From an uncultured Verrucomicrobiae bacterium (GTDB lineage Bacteria > Verrucomicrobiota > Verrucomicrobiia > Chthoniobacterales > JAATET01), in contig CAVVKW010000004.1 of the NCBI GenBank assembly GCA_963749035.1, forward strand, positions 1,335,550 to 1,399,549: 64,000 nt of DNA. The letters run 5' to 3'. The notes beneath the pieces are model-generated. The model was not told the DNA's origin and did not search any database. It saw only the letters and a program-made list of their open reading frames with translations. Position 1 is the stretch's first letter; each line of letters starts with the position of its first letter. A program made the translations under genes and the position numbers. Of the stretch, positions 45,911-55,749 are shown in pieces.

Positions 45911-47143
45911 TCACAGCTCCCGCCGCAACCGATCCAAGGCCGCCTGGGTCACCAGCTGCTTGAACGTCGCCCGGTCCGTCGGGAACGACTCCCGCCACAC
46001 CTCGACCTCCCCACCCCGCTTCGCCAGCGCGATAAAAACCGTCCCCACCGGCTTCTCGTCCGTCCCGCCGCCCGGCCCAGCGACCCCCGTCGTCGCCAAA
46101 GCGAAGTCCGTCCCCGCCCGCTCGCACGCCCCCGCCGCCATCGCCCGCGCCACCTCCGCGCTCACCGCCCCCTTCGCCCCGATCAACTCCGCGTCCACCC
46201 CCAGTTCCCCCACCTTCGCCTCGTTCGCGTAAGTCACCCACCCCCGCAGATACACCGCCGACGACCCCGGCACGTCCGTCACCCGACTGGCCAGCAACCC
46301 CCCCGTGCACGACTCCGCCGTCGCCAGCGTCAACCCCCGCTCGACCAACCGACCCACCACGACTGTTTCCAACCCCTCCCCGCCCAGTGTAACCAAATAT
46401 TCCCCCAGCTCCGCCCTCACCTCCGCCTCGACGGAATCCAATACCGCCGACTCCCCGATCAACCGCAGATCCACCTCGTTCGGTCTCGCGCAATACCCGA
46501 CCTCCAGCCCCGCCACGGCATTCAGCCGAGCGCCGAGCCTCGCCTCCACCACCGACTCCCCGATCCCCACGCAACGGAACGTCCGACACTCCCGCACCGC
46601 CGCGCCCGCGTTCAGGTCCGCCAACCGCGGCAACACCTCCGCCTCAAACATTCTCCGCAGTTCCCGCGGCGGCCCCGGCAGCAAAAACAGATGCGGCGAC
46701 CGCCAACTCGGAGCCTCCACCGCCGACAGATACAACCCCGGTGCCGTCCCACTCGCGTTCGGCAGCACCACCGCACCTTCCGGCACCATCGCCTGACGCC
46801 CCATTCGCTCCTGAAAAGCGAACCCCCGTCCTTTGCAAAGCGCGCGGATTCCCGCCAGCACCCCGTCGTCCCGCACCAACCGCCGCCCCAGCAACTCCGC
46901 GACGATCTCCCGCGTCAAATCATCCGACGTCGGCCCCAGTCCGCCCGTCACCAGAACGACGTCCGGATCCCGTTCGAACGCATTCAACAAAGCGTCCCGG
47001 ATCGCCGCCCCGTCCGGTACCGTCACCTGCCAATCCACCCGCAGTCCGATCCCAAACAAGCGCTCCCCAAAATAAGCGAGGTGCGAATTCACCACTGCCC
47101 CCAGCAGCAGCTCCGTCCCCGTGTTAACGACCTCGACCCGCAT
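45911..47143 (-). CDS. cinA: CinA (competence/damage-inducible; MoCF-binding plus nicotinamide-nucleotide amidase domains)
   Basis: 410 aa. N-terminus VVNTGTELLLG ... TGGLGPTSDD and C-terminal ESCTGG motif. Confidence 0.9.
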   Translation of the reverse strand: MRVEVVNTGTELLLGAVVNSHLAYFGERLFGIGLRVDWQVTVPDGAAIRDALLNAFERDPDVVLVTGGLGPTSDDLTREIVAELLGRRLVRDDGVLAGIRALCKGRGFAFQERMGRQAMVPEGAVVLPNASGTAPGLYLSAVEAPSWRSPHLFLLPGPPRELRRMFEAEVLPRLADLNAGAAVRECRTFRCVGIGESVVEARLGARLNAVAGLEVGYCARPNEVDLRLIGESAVLDSVEAEVRAELGEYLVTLGGEGLETVVVGRLVERGLTLATAESCTGGLLASRVTDVPGSSAVYLRGWVTYANEAKVGELGVDAELIGAKGAVSAEVARAMAAGACERAGTDFALATTGVAGPGGGTDEKPVGTVFIALAKRGGEVEVWRESFPTDRATFKQLVTQAALDRLRREL

Positions 47144-47204
47144 CCTTCAAAGCCGCGAAGCGGCCCGCCATTTCACATTCAGCATTCCGAGATTGCGGAG
47201 CGAT

Positions 47205-48026
47205 CTAGGCCGTCAGCACACGAATCCATCCATCGACCAGCGCGTGCTTCTCCGCGTCCTGCCGCAGATCGTAAACGTAAAGCAGATTCGCCAACACCCG
47301 GATCAAGACCTGCCGCCCACTCGCATCCGCGAGATGCGTGTCGCTCAGCTCCAGGTTCTGCTTCGTCAATATCGCCTGGCAATCCGCCTTCGACATGATC
47401 CGCCCCCGGTGAAACGGATCGAAAAACAAATCCCCGTGCCGCGCGATAAAGTGCCCCGGCAGATTCACCCCCGCCACGCCCATCCCCGCCCGTGCCGCCA
47501 CCATCCGGTAAAGCAGCGTCAGCGTGATCGGGATGCCCATCCGCGATTCGATCACCCCCGGCAGCAGACAATTTCGCTCGCTGTAGTAATCGTCCGTGTT
47601 CCCCCGAAAGCCCAGCTCCCCCGCCATGAAACGCGACAACAGCAGCACCCGCTCCCGGCTCGAGACCGCCCCGCTGCTCTTGATCAAAAACTGCCGCCCC
47701 CACGCGTTCACCTTCGTTTCCATCTGCTCGATCTCGTCCTCCGGCACCAGCGCCCGCGCCAGCATCCAATTCGCCCGCTCCAGATCGTTCTGATCCCCGA
47801 AGAAATGACACAGCAACCCAAAGTCGTCCGACGCCTCGCGTCCCTCGATCGTCTTCAGCACGTCCCGCGCGTGACCCGCCGCCGGTCCGCAGCCACCTCC
47901 CAGGTCGAGGAGCTGATCCCTCGCCTCCTCTCCAGCCTTGACCAGCTGCTCCTTCACGAGCCGAACCGTTTCCGGATCATCGTCCTCCAACAAACGGACA
48001 ATCGCCTCACTCTGACCAGGAATCAT
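47205..48026 (-). CDS. SirB1/YchA-like transglutaminase-like plus TPR-like protein
   Basis: 273 aa. GNTDDYYSERNCLLPGVIESRMGIPITL ... NLPGHFIARH pattern of the UPF0162 family. Confidence 0.7.
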   Translation of the reverse strand: MIPGQSEAIVRLLEDDDPETVRLVKEQLVKAGEEARDQLLDLGGGCGPAAGHARDVLKTIEGREASDDFGLLCHFFGDQNDLERANWMLARALVPEDEIEQMETKVNAWGRQFLIKSSGAVSSRERVLLLSRFMAGELGFRGNTDDYYSERNCLLPGVIESRMGIPITLTLLYRMVAARAGMGVAGVNLPGHFIARHGDLFFDPFHRGRIMSKADCQAILTKQNLELSDTHLADASGRQVLIRVLANLLYVYDLRQDAEKHALVDGWIRVLTA

Positions 48027-48076
48027 ATCTCAAACCGTTAGTCCACAACCCACCACAGCGCAACTTCTCAAGCCTC

Positions 48077-48262
48077 TCAATCCGCCGAAATGTCCACGCT
48101 CAGCACCGCACCCGGCTCACACCGCACCCGCACCGTCGCCGGACGGCAACACACCGCGCAATCCTCCACCACCACCAACTCGGCCGTCGTCGTCTCCACT
48201 TCGATAAAAAATTCCTCCCCGCAGTTCGGACACCCAATCCCGATTTCTTCAACGACGTCCAT
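48077..48262 (-). CDS. CPXCG-motif cysteine-rich small protein
   Basis: 61 aa. CPNCG ... EDCAVCCRP zinc-ribbon-like arrangement. Confidence 0.7.
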   Translation of the reverse strand: MDVVEEIGIGCPNCGEEFFIEVETTTAELVVVEDCAVCCRPATVRVRCEPGAVLSVDISAD

Positions 48263-48276
48263 CGAATCCCTCTCAA

Positions 48277-48636
48277 CTACAAACTCTCAACTTCCAACTC
48301 TAACCGCGGCGCATCCCCCCACAAATCCTCCAGCGAGTAAAACTCGCGCGACTCGTGATGAAACACGTGCACCACGACTTGCGCGTAATCGATCACGATC
48401 CACCGACTCCCCGCCGCCCCGTCCTCCGCGTAAGGACCAAAGCCAAACCGCTCCCTGACCCCCGAGCGCACCGAGGCCCCGATCGCCCGGAGTTGCGGGT
48501 CCGACATCCCGCTACACACCACGAAATAGTCGCAAAACGACGACTTCCCACGCAGGTCCAGCACCGCAATGTCTTCCGCTTTCCGGTCCGCCGCGTATTC
48601 CGCGCAAGCCCTCGCCAGCGATTCCGCCTCACTCAT
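48277..48636 (-). CDS. rsfS: Ribosome silencing factor RsfS
   Basis: 119 aa. DYFVVCSG ... WIVIDYAQVVVHVF ... FYSLEDLW family pattern. Confidence 0.9.
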   Translation of the reverse strand: MSEAESLARACAEYAADRKAEDIAVLDLRGKSSFCDYFVVCSGMSDPQLRAIGASVRSGVRERFGFGPYAEDGAAGSRWIVIDYAQVVVHVFHHESREFYSLEDLWGDAPRLELEVESL

Positions 48637-48725
48637 TCCCCGCCCACGCTCCCCCGGCTAAAATCGTCACAACGCATCCCGCACACAGCTAAGGCAACAC
48701 CCCACCTCACGCAACGCCATTTCAT

Positions 48726-48778
48726 AAATCCGAAATCCAAAATCCCGAATCCGAAATCCTCAATCCGAAATCCAAAAC
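48726..48778. repeat. Heptamer tandem repeat AAATCCN x7-8 between nadD stop and rsfS
   Basis: AAATCCG AAATCCA AAATCCC GAATCCG AAATCCT CAATCCG AAATCCA AAAC. It runs straight into the nadD stop codon complement at 48779-48781. Confidence 0.85.
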
Positions 48779-49342
48779 TCACCCCCCCCGGTAAAGCCCC
48801 TCCCGCTCGATCACCGCCAACACTCCCTCCGGCACCAGATACCGGATCGACAACCCGCTCGCCACCCGCCCCCGCACCCCCGTCGACGAAATGTCGATCA
48901 TCCGCGTCACCACCGGCATCCCCTCCGGCACCACCACGTCCCGCCGCGTCAGCACGACAAACGTCACCAACCGCCGCAACTCGTCGATCTCCCGCCACTT
49001 CTCCAGGTCGGCCAAATTGTCGTCCCCGATCAAATAATAGAGCTCCGCCGCCGGCCACCGCGCCCCCAGCTCCCGCACCGTCTCGATCGCAAACGTCGCC
49101 CCCTCCCGCCAAATCTCCAGCTCGCTGACCTCAAACCCCCGCTCCCCCGCCACCGCCGCCCGCACCATCTCCAGCCGCACCGCCGCCGAAGCTGGCGGCG
49201 CCTCCAGCTTAAACGGCGACACCCCCGCCGGAATCAGCACCACCCGATCCAGACCAAGCCGCTCCCCCGCCTCCCGCGCCAAAATCAGATGCCCGCAGTG
49301 AATCGGATCAAAACTCCCACCAAAAAGTCCAATTCGCTCCAT
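48779..49342 (-). CDS. nadD: Nicotinate-nucleotide adenylyltransferase
   Basis: 187 aa from ATG 49342 (MERIGLFGGSFDPIHCGHL). The upstream extension in the track ORF is a translation of the heptamer repeat. Confidence 0.9.
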   Translation of the reverse strand: MERIGLFGGSFDPIHCGHLILAREAGERLGLDRVVLIPAGVSPFKLEAPPASAAVRLEMVRAAVAGERGFEVSELEIWREGATFAIETVRELGARWPAAELYYLIGDDNLADLEKWREIDELRRLVTFVVLTRRDVVVPEGMPVVTRMIDISSTGVRGRVASGLSIRYLVPEGVLAVIEREGLYRGG

Positions 49343-49362
49343 CACCACGCAGTATTCCCTTC

Positions 49363-49397
49363 CAATCCAAAATCCAAAATCCAAAATCCAAAATCAA
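49363..49397. repeat. Heptamer tandem repeat AAATCCA x5 filling the nadD/nagZ divergent spacer
   Basis: CAATCCA AAATCCA AAATCCA AAATCCA AAATCAA, directly followed by the nagZ ATG at 49398. The whole spacer is only 55 bp. Confidence 0.85.
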
Positions 49398-50486
49398 ATG
49401 ATTGGCCAAACTCTCCTCGTCGGCGTCCCCGGCAAGACTCTCGACTCCGACACCGCCGCCCTCCTCCGCCGCATTCAGCCCGGTGGCTTCATCATTTTCT
49501 CGCGCAACATCGAGAGCCCCACCCAGCTCCGCCAGCTCCTCGACGACCTCCGCGCCATTTCCGACGTCGAACCCATCATCACCATCGACCAGGAAGGCGG
49601 CCGCGTCTCCCGCCTCCGCGAGATCGGGCACGAACCGCCAAACGCCCAGCAACTCCGCCAAAAAGGCGACCTCGACCTCATCACCTGGCACGGCCGACTC
49701 ACCGGCCACCTCCTCCGCCTCTTCGGGTTCAACCTCGACCTCTGCCCCGTTCTCGACATCTCCTTCGACGACGAGGCCGACAACTCCGTCAAAGGCCGCT
49801 GCTACGGCACGAACGTCGCCCAGGTCATCCAACTCGCCGGAGCCTTCAACGACGCCCTCCGCGGCACCGGCATCCTCAGTTGCGGCAAGCACTTCCCCGG
49901 CTACACCTCCGCGGGACTCGACCCCCACCACGAACTCCCCGCCATCAGCCGCTCCAAGGAACTCATGGAGGAGCACGAGCTCGCCGTCTTCCGCTACTTC
50001 GCCGACAAGGTCGATTCCATGATGACCGGCCACATCGCCATCGACGGCCTCGACACCTCCGGCCTCCCCGCCTCCCTCTCGCCCGCCATCACCACCGACC
50101 TCCTCAAAAAAGACGTCAAATTCGCCGGCCTCACCATGACCGACGACCTCGACATGGGCGCCATCCTCAACCACTACGGCCTCCCCGACACCCTCCGCAT
50201 GGCCCTCGAAGCCGGCAACGATCTCCTCATGATCTGTCATCGCGTCGAGATGATCGCCGAAGCCTACGACATCGTCAAAGCGCTCCCCGCCAGTGCCGTC
50301 GATCCCGCCCTGGAAAACATCGCCAAATTCAAGCGCCACCTCGCCCCACCCGACGCGTTCAGCATCGCAGCCCACACCGAACTCGACGGCGAGGTGCGAA
50401 AACTCCGAGCCGCGACGCTGGGCGAAGCCGAAGCCGACCGACACAGCCCAGAAGACGGCAAACGCAGCCCCGTCGAGCTCTACTAA
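49398..50486 (+). CDS. nagZ: Beta-N-acetylhexosaminidase (GH3, NagZ-like)
   Basis: 362 aa. IDQEGGRVSRL, KHFPGY and MTDDLDM motifs. Confidence 0.85.
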   Translation: MIGQTLLVGVPGKTLDSDTAALLRRIQPGGFIIFSRNIESPTQLRQLLDDLRAISDVEPIITIDQEGGRVSRLREIGHEPPNAQQLRQKGDLDLITWHGRLTGHLLRLFGFNLDLCPVLDISFDDEADNSVKGRCYGTNVAQVIQLAGAFNDALRGTGILSCGKHFPGYTSAGLDPHHELPAISRSKELMEEHELAVFRYFADKVDSMMTGHIAIDGLDTSGLPASLSPAITTDLLKKDVKFAGLTMTDDLDMGAILNHYGLPDTLRMALEAGNDLLMICHRVEMIAEAYDIVKALPASAVDPALENIAKFKRHLAPPDAFSIAAHTELDGEVRKLRAATLGEAEADRHSPEDGKRSPVELY

Positions 50487-50570
50487 GAGCGTGTAAATCA
50501 GTGACGAGGCGCGCGACCTCCGCATTTCCGAATTCACACCCTCGCTCATTCCCGGTATCCCGATGAGCCC

Positions 50571-52082
50571 GTGACCGCCCGCAGTTTTCTTCGGCCCGAA
50601 GCCCTCATTCTCATTGCCGCCGTGATTTTCCGGCTCGTCGCGCTGGACATCAAACCCGCGCACTTCGACGAGGGCGTCAATGGCTGGTTCGCCGACCGCA
50701 TCGCCGAGCAGGGTTACTACCACTACGACCCCACGAACTACCACGGACCGCTGCACATGTATGCCGTCTTCGTGTCGCAGCAACTCCTCGGTCGCAACCT
50801 CTTCGCCCTCCGCCTCCCGGCCATCCTCGCCAGCCTCGCCGCGGTCTGGATGACCCTGCAATTTGGCCGTTTCCTCGGCACCGCCACCGCCCGCTGGGCC
50901 GCCATCATCATGGCCGTCTCGCCCGCCTTCACCTTCTACGGACGTTACTCGATCCACGAGTCCGGCCTCGTCTTCTTCCTCCTTCTCACCACCTGGGGAA
51001 TCTTCAGCGTCTGGACCTCAGGGAGCCGCCGCGGACTCTTCGCGCTGGCCGGCGGGATCACCGGCATGATCCTCACGAAGGAAACCTACATCATCCATCT
51101 CGCCTGCTTCGCGCTCGCGTTTCCCGCCCTGATCTTCTGGCAAAAGCTCCGCCCCTCCGACCCTCCCGCCGCCCGCGCCAAACCAAAGTGGTCCCTCGCC
51201 GACCTCGTCGCCGCCATCGCGGGCGGGATCTTCCTCATCGTCCTCTTCTACTCCGGCACCTTCCTCGACTGGGGCAGCCTCAAGGGCCTCTATCAGACCT
51301 TCGCCGCCTGGTTCTCCACGGGTATCGAGAAGGGCGGCCACGCGAAAACCGACTACGGAATCGGTCCGTTGAACTACTACTGGCTCTACCTCATGGCGCG
51401 GTATGAGTTCCTTTACCTGCTCGGCCTTCTCGCGTCGTTCTACGTCCTCCTGCGCCCGGCACCCGCGCTTCTGCGTTACCTCGCCATCCTCGGCGCCGGC
51501 ACCCTAGTCGCCTACACCATCATTCCCTACAAAACCCCGTGGCTCCTCATCGTCATGCTCTGGCCCTTCGGATTTGTCCTCGGAGCCGTCGTCGCCGAGT
51601 TCTCGAAATACGCCACCGTTCCCCGCGTCGCCGCCGTACTCATCGGCGTCTCGTCACTCCTCGCGTTCCGTCTGAACATCCTCGAATTCGCCAACCCCCG
51701 CGAGCCCTACGCCTACGTCCAAACCTTCCCGCAGATTCGACGTTTCATCGATCCCATCCTCAAACTCGCCGCGCGAGACCCCGCCGCCTACCACCTCCGC
51801 GGCGAGATCATTCTCGATAGCTACTACCCGCTCCCGTGGATGCTCGGTGACTTCACGAACGTCGGCTATTACAAGGATGGCGTCGGTTCCTCCACCGACG
51901 CCCCCGATTTCGCCGCCACCGTCGTCGCTGACTCCGCGAAGCTCGAAAGTCGCTTCTCGGAGCCCTATTACAAACGACCCTTCCGACTCCGCGACGCCCA
52001 GGACGATTGCGTCGCCTACTTCCGAGCCGCCACGTTCCGAGACGTCCTCGGCGACGAACCCACCGTCGGCCCCACCCAATAA
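50571..52082 (+). CDS. GT-C-like polytopic membrane protein (TIGR03663-like; PMT/ArnT-type N-terminus)
   Basis: 503 aa, GTG start, many TM helices. N-terminal loop motifs HFDEGVNGW (DE) and YHGPLHMY (HGP) match my recollection of TIGR03663 invariant residues. Confidence 0.65.
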   Translation: MTARSFLRPEALILIAAVIFRLVALDIKPAHFDEGVNGWFADRIAEQGYYHYDPTNYHGPLHMYAVFVSQQLLGRNLFALRLPAILASLAAVWMTLQFGRFLGTATARWAAIIMAVSPAFTFYGRYSIHESGLVFFLLLTTWGIFSVWTSGSRRGLFALAGGITGMILTKETYIIHLACFALAFPALIFWQKLRPSDPPAARAKPKWSLADLVAAIAGGIFLIVLFYSGTFLDWGSLKGLYQTFAAWFSTGIEKGGHAKTDYGIGPLNYYWLYLMARYEFLYLLGLLASFYVLLRPAPALLRYLAILGAGTLVAYTIIPYKTPWLLIVMLWPFGFVLGAVVAEFSKYATVPRVAAVLIGVSSLLAFRLNILEFANPREPYAYVQTFPQIRRFIDPILKLAARDPAAYHLRGEIILDSYYPLPWMLGDFTNVGYYKDGVGSSTDAPDFAATVVADSAKLESRFSEPYYKRPFRLRDAQDDCVAYFRAATFRDVLGDEPTVGPTQ

Positions 52083-52088
52083 ATTCCG

Positions 52089-53807
52089 ATGTCCCGCGCC
52101 CTCTTCGGAATCCTCACCGCCACCGCCGCGGCCAACGTCACCGCTGTGCTGCTCGGCATCCTCTGCTCCGGCCTCGGACCCGTCACCGCTTGGATCTCGC
52201 TCATCGCCGGCCTCGGCGCCGGCGGCGTCACCGTCTGGCAAACGAGCGGCTCAGCGCCGCCGTCCGCCCGCCCGTCCCGCACCGAGTGGTTCGTCATCAT
52301 CGCTTTCGTCCTCGCCTGCCTCCGTGCCTTTCTCTGGCTGATCTACCAAAAAAACGGCCGCTGGTTCGTCCTTTCCCCCTACAACCTCGGCGACCTCTCT
52401 CTCCACCTCGGCCTCATCAACTATCTCGCGTCGGGCGTCCCGTTCTGGCCCGACAGTCTCATTCTCATCGGCGACACCCTCCGCTACCCGATCGGCGCTG
52501 ACCTTTTCAATTCCCTCCTGCTCCTCGCCGGCCTGCCGGCCGTCCAAGGCCTCGTTCTCGTCGGCTTCACCGGCGCGATCATCACCGGCTGCGCCCTCTG
52601 GCTCTGGGGTCGAGGGTTCGCCATTGCCGCTCTTCTCTTCAGCGGCGGCCTCGCTGCGTTCCTTCTCCTCGGCGGCGAGAATGGCTGGAAACCTCAGGAT
52701 TTCCAGGCGGCCGCCGAATGGCCGTGGAAGAATTTTTTCCTCACCATGCTCATCACCCAGCGCGGTCTGCTCTTCGCGCTCCCCACCGGCCTCCTGCTGC
52801 TCGCCGACTGGCGCGCTCGCTGGCTGACCAAGACCCCGACAGCCGCTCTCCCGACGTGGGCCGCCGTCCTCCTCTACGCGACGATGCCGCTCACGAACGT
52901 TCACACGTTCCTCTTCCTTAGCTTTGTCCTCCTCGGCATCTACCTGCTCGCGCCCCTCACAACCGACCGCCAGGCGACGCGGAAGTTCGTCGTCATTTCC
53001 GTTCTCCCCGCCACCGTCACCCTCGCCCTCGTCACCGGCCTCTTCTCCGCCGGGGGCGGCGTCCACTGGCAACCCGGCTGGCTGCAGGACGAAGAACCGG
53101 TCTGGTTTTGGATCCGAAATTTCGGACTCGTTCCGTTTCTCTGGATCGCCACCTTGCTCGTCGCCGTCGTCCGCCGCGACCGCCGGGCGCTCGCGATCCT
53201 CGCCCCGGCGACGGCCTTCTTCCTCGTCTGCTGCTTCGTCTCGTTCGCCCCGTGGCCCTGGGACAACGTCAAACTCATGCTTTGGTGCTGGCTCGCCGCC
53301 GTTCCGTTCGTCTGGCAATTTATTCTCCGTCCTTTGCCTCTCATTGCCCGCGCTCCCATCCTCTTCGTGCTCTTCTTCAGCGGCGCAATCTCACTCTTGG
53401 GCGGACTCGACGGTCGGCACGGCTACAGCTTGATCCCCCGCGCTGATCTCGACCGCGCCGCGTCCGCCCTTCGTCAACTCCCGCCCACCGCGCGCGTCGC
53501 CGTTTCACCCGACTACAACCACCCCGTCCTCATCGCGGGTCAGCCCGTCGTCACCGGTTACGAAGGACACCTCTGGAGTCACGGCCTCGACTACCGCGAC
53601 AAGTCGGACGCGCTCGATGATTTGATGAACAAACGCCGCGGCTGGCGCGAGCAGGCGAAAAGCCTGGGAGTCGACTACCTCTACTGGGGAAAACCCGAGC
53701 GCCAGGCCTACGGCTACAACCAGAGCAAATGGAGAAGCGACCTCCCGATCGTCGTCCAAGGCGAAGGCTTCACCATCTACGACCTCCGCGAACCCGCGCA
53801 GGAATAG
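52089..53807 (+). CDS. Polytopic membrane protein of unknown function (about 13 TM plus soluble C-terminal domain)
   Basis: 572 aa, starting 7 nt after the preceding gene. Hydrophobic throughout to about residue 440, then a soluble tail with PVVTGYEGHLWSHG. Confidence 0.6.
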   Translation: MSRALFGILTATAAANVTAVLLGILCSGLGPVTAWISLIAGLGAGGVTVWQTSGSAPPSARPSRTEWFVIIAFVLACLRAFLWLIYQKNGRWFVLSPYNLGDLSLHLGLINYLASGVPFWPDSLILIGDTLRYPIGADLFNSLLLLAGLPAVQGLVLVGFTGAIITGCALWLWGRGFAIAALLFSGGLAAFLLLGGENGWKPQDFQAAAEWPWKNFFLTMLITQRGLLFALPTGLLLLADWRARWLTKTPTAALPTWAAVLLYATMPLTNVHTFLFLSFVLLGIYLLAPLTTDRQATRKFVVISVLPATVTLALVTGLFSAGGGVHWQPGWLQDEEPVWFWIRNFGLVPFLWIATLLVAVVRRDRRALAILAPATAFFLVCCFVSFAPWPWDNVKLMLWCWLAAVPFVWQFILRPLPLIARAPILFVLFFSGAISLLGGLDGRHGYSLIPRADLDRAASALRQLPPTARVAVSPDYNHPVLIAGQPVVTGYEGHLWSHGLDYRDKSDALDDLMNKRRGWREQAKSLGVDYLYWGKPERQAYGYNQSKWRSDLPIVVQGEGFTIYDLREPAQE

Positions 53808-53956
53808 CTTTCGTCGTCTCATCGATAGGCCAGTGCCATTCGCGGCCGGGACCGATCAATGACGAACCCGCCCACTTCTCAAACGGTGTACTCAGACTCC
53901 AGGCACCGCCACCGCGCGACAATCAATCCTTTGCGACGCAAGCCGCACAGCAAAAA

Positions 53957-53983
53957 GAAATCCTAATAATCCCGTAAATCCTG
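53957..53983. repeat. Nonamer tandem repeat WWAATCCYN x3 next to the stop of the 53992 gene
   Basis: GAAATCCTA ATAATCCCG TAAATCCTG, ending 8 nt before the stop codon complement TCA at 53992-53994. Same core and orientation as 43617-43643. Confidence 0.8.
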
Positions 53984-53991
53984 TCCAACCC

Positions 53992-54696
53992 TCACTCCTC
54001 AACTGGAGGGGCATCTTCAACCGAAGCTTCCGCGTCAGACGAACCCGCCACTCGCGCCAGCGACCGCAGCGAATCGAACACCTGCACCGCGCTCTGTCCC
54101 GCGACCGTGTTCGCGTATTGGTTTTCCAATTTCTGAAACGACCGCAGCGCCCCATTTCGATCGGCCGAGGAGAGTTCCAGCTCCGCCTTGAACAGCAACG
54201 CGGGTGCCGCCGTGAACGAGCTCGCGTTCGCATCGGCCACGCCCTGAAAATCCGTCACGGCCTTCTCGACGTCACCGGCCAACGCAGCGTTCTCCGCCAA
54301 CGCGATTCCTGCCAGCGGAGCAAACGGGTGATCTGGCTGCGAGTCGCGAAATTCCTGAAGCACGGCGTTCGCCTCGTCCAGCTTCTCCTCCTCCCGCAGG
54401 GTCGCAGCCAGCAGCATCGCCGCGTTCCCAGCCACCACGGACGCGCCATGATCGTCGATCACCGCGCGCAATTCCTCAGCCGACGTCGCCCCCGCCAACT
54501 GCTCCTCAGCCGCGATCCGCGCCGAGTGCGAGTAAGCCATCCACCCGAATATCGCCAAGAGCCCGACGACGATCGCAAGCGCACCAGCGATGATGGCGAC
54601 CTTGTATTTCGCCCAAAGAATCTCGAAGGAATCCGGACCGACGTCGTAAATTGGTTCGTCGGTCGCAGCTGAAGCAGGGGTTGGTTCGTTTGCCAT
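53992..54696 (-). CDS. Membrane-anchored TPR-like protein (YfgM-like)
   Basis: 234 aa. N-terminal anchor VAIIAGALAIVVGLLAIFGWMAY followed by an Ala/Leu-rich helical repeat region. Confidence 0.6.
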   Translation of the reverse strand: MANEPTPASAATDEPIYDVGPDSFEILWAKYKVAIIAGALAIVVGLLAIFGWMAYSHSARIAAEEQLAGATSAEELRAVIDDHGASVVAGNAAMLLAATLREEEKLDEANAVLQEFRDSQPDHPFAPLAGIALAENAALAGDVEKAVTDFQGVADANASSFTAAPALLFKAELELSSADRNGALRSFQKLENQYANTVAGQSAVQVFDSLRSLARVAGSSDAEASVEDAPPVEE

Positions 54697-54700
54697 AAAA

Positions 54701-55669
54701 TTATCCTCCGGAGACTTCCGCCCGGGCTTCTTCGGCCAGCGGGGTGCTCAAATACCGCTCACCGGTCGAGCAGGCTACCGTGACGATCAGCTTGCCCGCG
54801 TTCTCCGGACGTTTGGCCAGCTCGACCGCCGCGTGCACGTTGGCACCCGAGCTGATCCCGGCCAACATCCCCTCCTCCTTCGACAAACGCCGTGCCATCG
54901 CGAAGGCGTCGTCGTTACTGACCTGCACGACCTCGTCGACGATGTCCAGGTGCAGGTTGTTCGGCACAAATCCCGCCCCGGCACCCTGAATCTTGTGCGG
55001 CCCAGGCTTCAAAGTCTCACCCGCCCGGGTCTGCGTGATCACCGGCGAATCCTTCGGCTCGACCGCCACCGCCACGAAGCTCGGCTTACGCTGTTTCAAG
55101 ACTTCCGCCACGCCCGTGATCGTTCCGCCCGTCCCCACCGCCGCAACCAGCATGTCGATCGCCCCGTCGGTGTCCTCCCACAATTCCTCCGCCGTCGTCC
55201 TCTGGTGAATTGCCGGATTGGCCGGATTGTTAAACTGCTGCGGCATCCACGCGTTCGGCGTCTCCTCGACGATCGCTTCCGCCTTCGCAATGGCCCCCTT
55301 CATCCCCTCCGGACCGGGCGTCAGCACCAACTTCGCACCCAGCATCGCCAGCAAGGTCCGACGCTCGACGCTCATCGTTTCCGGCATGGTCAAAATCAAC
55401 TTGTAGCCCTTCGACGCCGCGACGAACGCCAGCGCGATCCCCGTATTCCCACTCGTCGGCTCGACGATCACGGTATCAGGCTTGAGCACACCCCGCTCCT
55501 CCGCATCCTCGATCATCGCCATCCCGATTCGATCCTTCACGCTGCCCAGCGGGTTGAAAAACTCACACTTCACGGCAATGGTCGCCGGAAGGCCTTCGGT
55601 GATGTGATTGAGTCGAACGAGCGGCGTGCGACCGACCGTTTCCACGATGTTGTTGTAAATTTTGCCCAT
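54701..55669 (-). CDS. cysK: Cysteine synthase A (O-acetylserine sulfhydrylase)
   Basis: 322 aa from ATG 55669. PLP-lysine motif [25 protein letters not shown]. Confidence 0.95.
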   Translation of the reverse strand: MGKIYNNIVETVGRTPLVRLNHITEGLPATIAVKCEFFNPLGSVKDRIGMAMIEDAEERGVLKPDTVIVEPTSGNTGIALAFVAASKGYKLILTMPETMSVERRTLLAMLGAKLVLTPGPEGMKGAIAKAEAIVEETPNAWMPQQFNNPANPAIHQRTTAEELWEDTDGAIDMLVAAVGTGGTITGVAEVLKQRKPSFVAVAVEPKDSPVITQTRAGETLKPGPHKIQGAGAGFVPNNLHLDIVDEVVQVSNDDAFAMARRLSKEEGMLAGISSGANVHAAVELAKRPENAGKLIVTVACSTGERYLSTPLAEEARAEVSGG

Positions 55670-55749
55670 GAAATTCGTCGGGTTGAGGAGCGGCAAAACT
55701 ACCGAAGGCCACTTGGCAGAGCAAAATAAATCTCCTAGCGTCCCGTTCC

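Noticed and set aside
43864-45963. 699-aa ORF on the plus strand, and similar long antisense ORFs (49308-50957, 25269-26543, 21979-23166, 17018-18178, 39580-41100, 56210-58453, 37761-39068, 3785-5005)
   Set aside because: Each lies antisense to a gene with clear conserved motifs. Their translations are monotonous R/P/H/G/A-rich strings with no recognisable motifs. This is typical of stop-poor alternate frames in GC-rich DNA.
48726-49397. Possible CRISPR array (regular short repeats)
   Set aside because: The units are only 7-9 bp and strictly tandem, with no spacers. No cas genes occur in the window. These are microsatellite-like repeats, not CRISPR.
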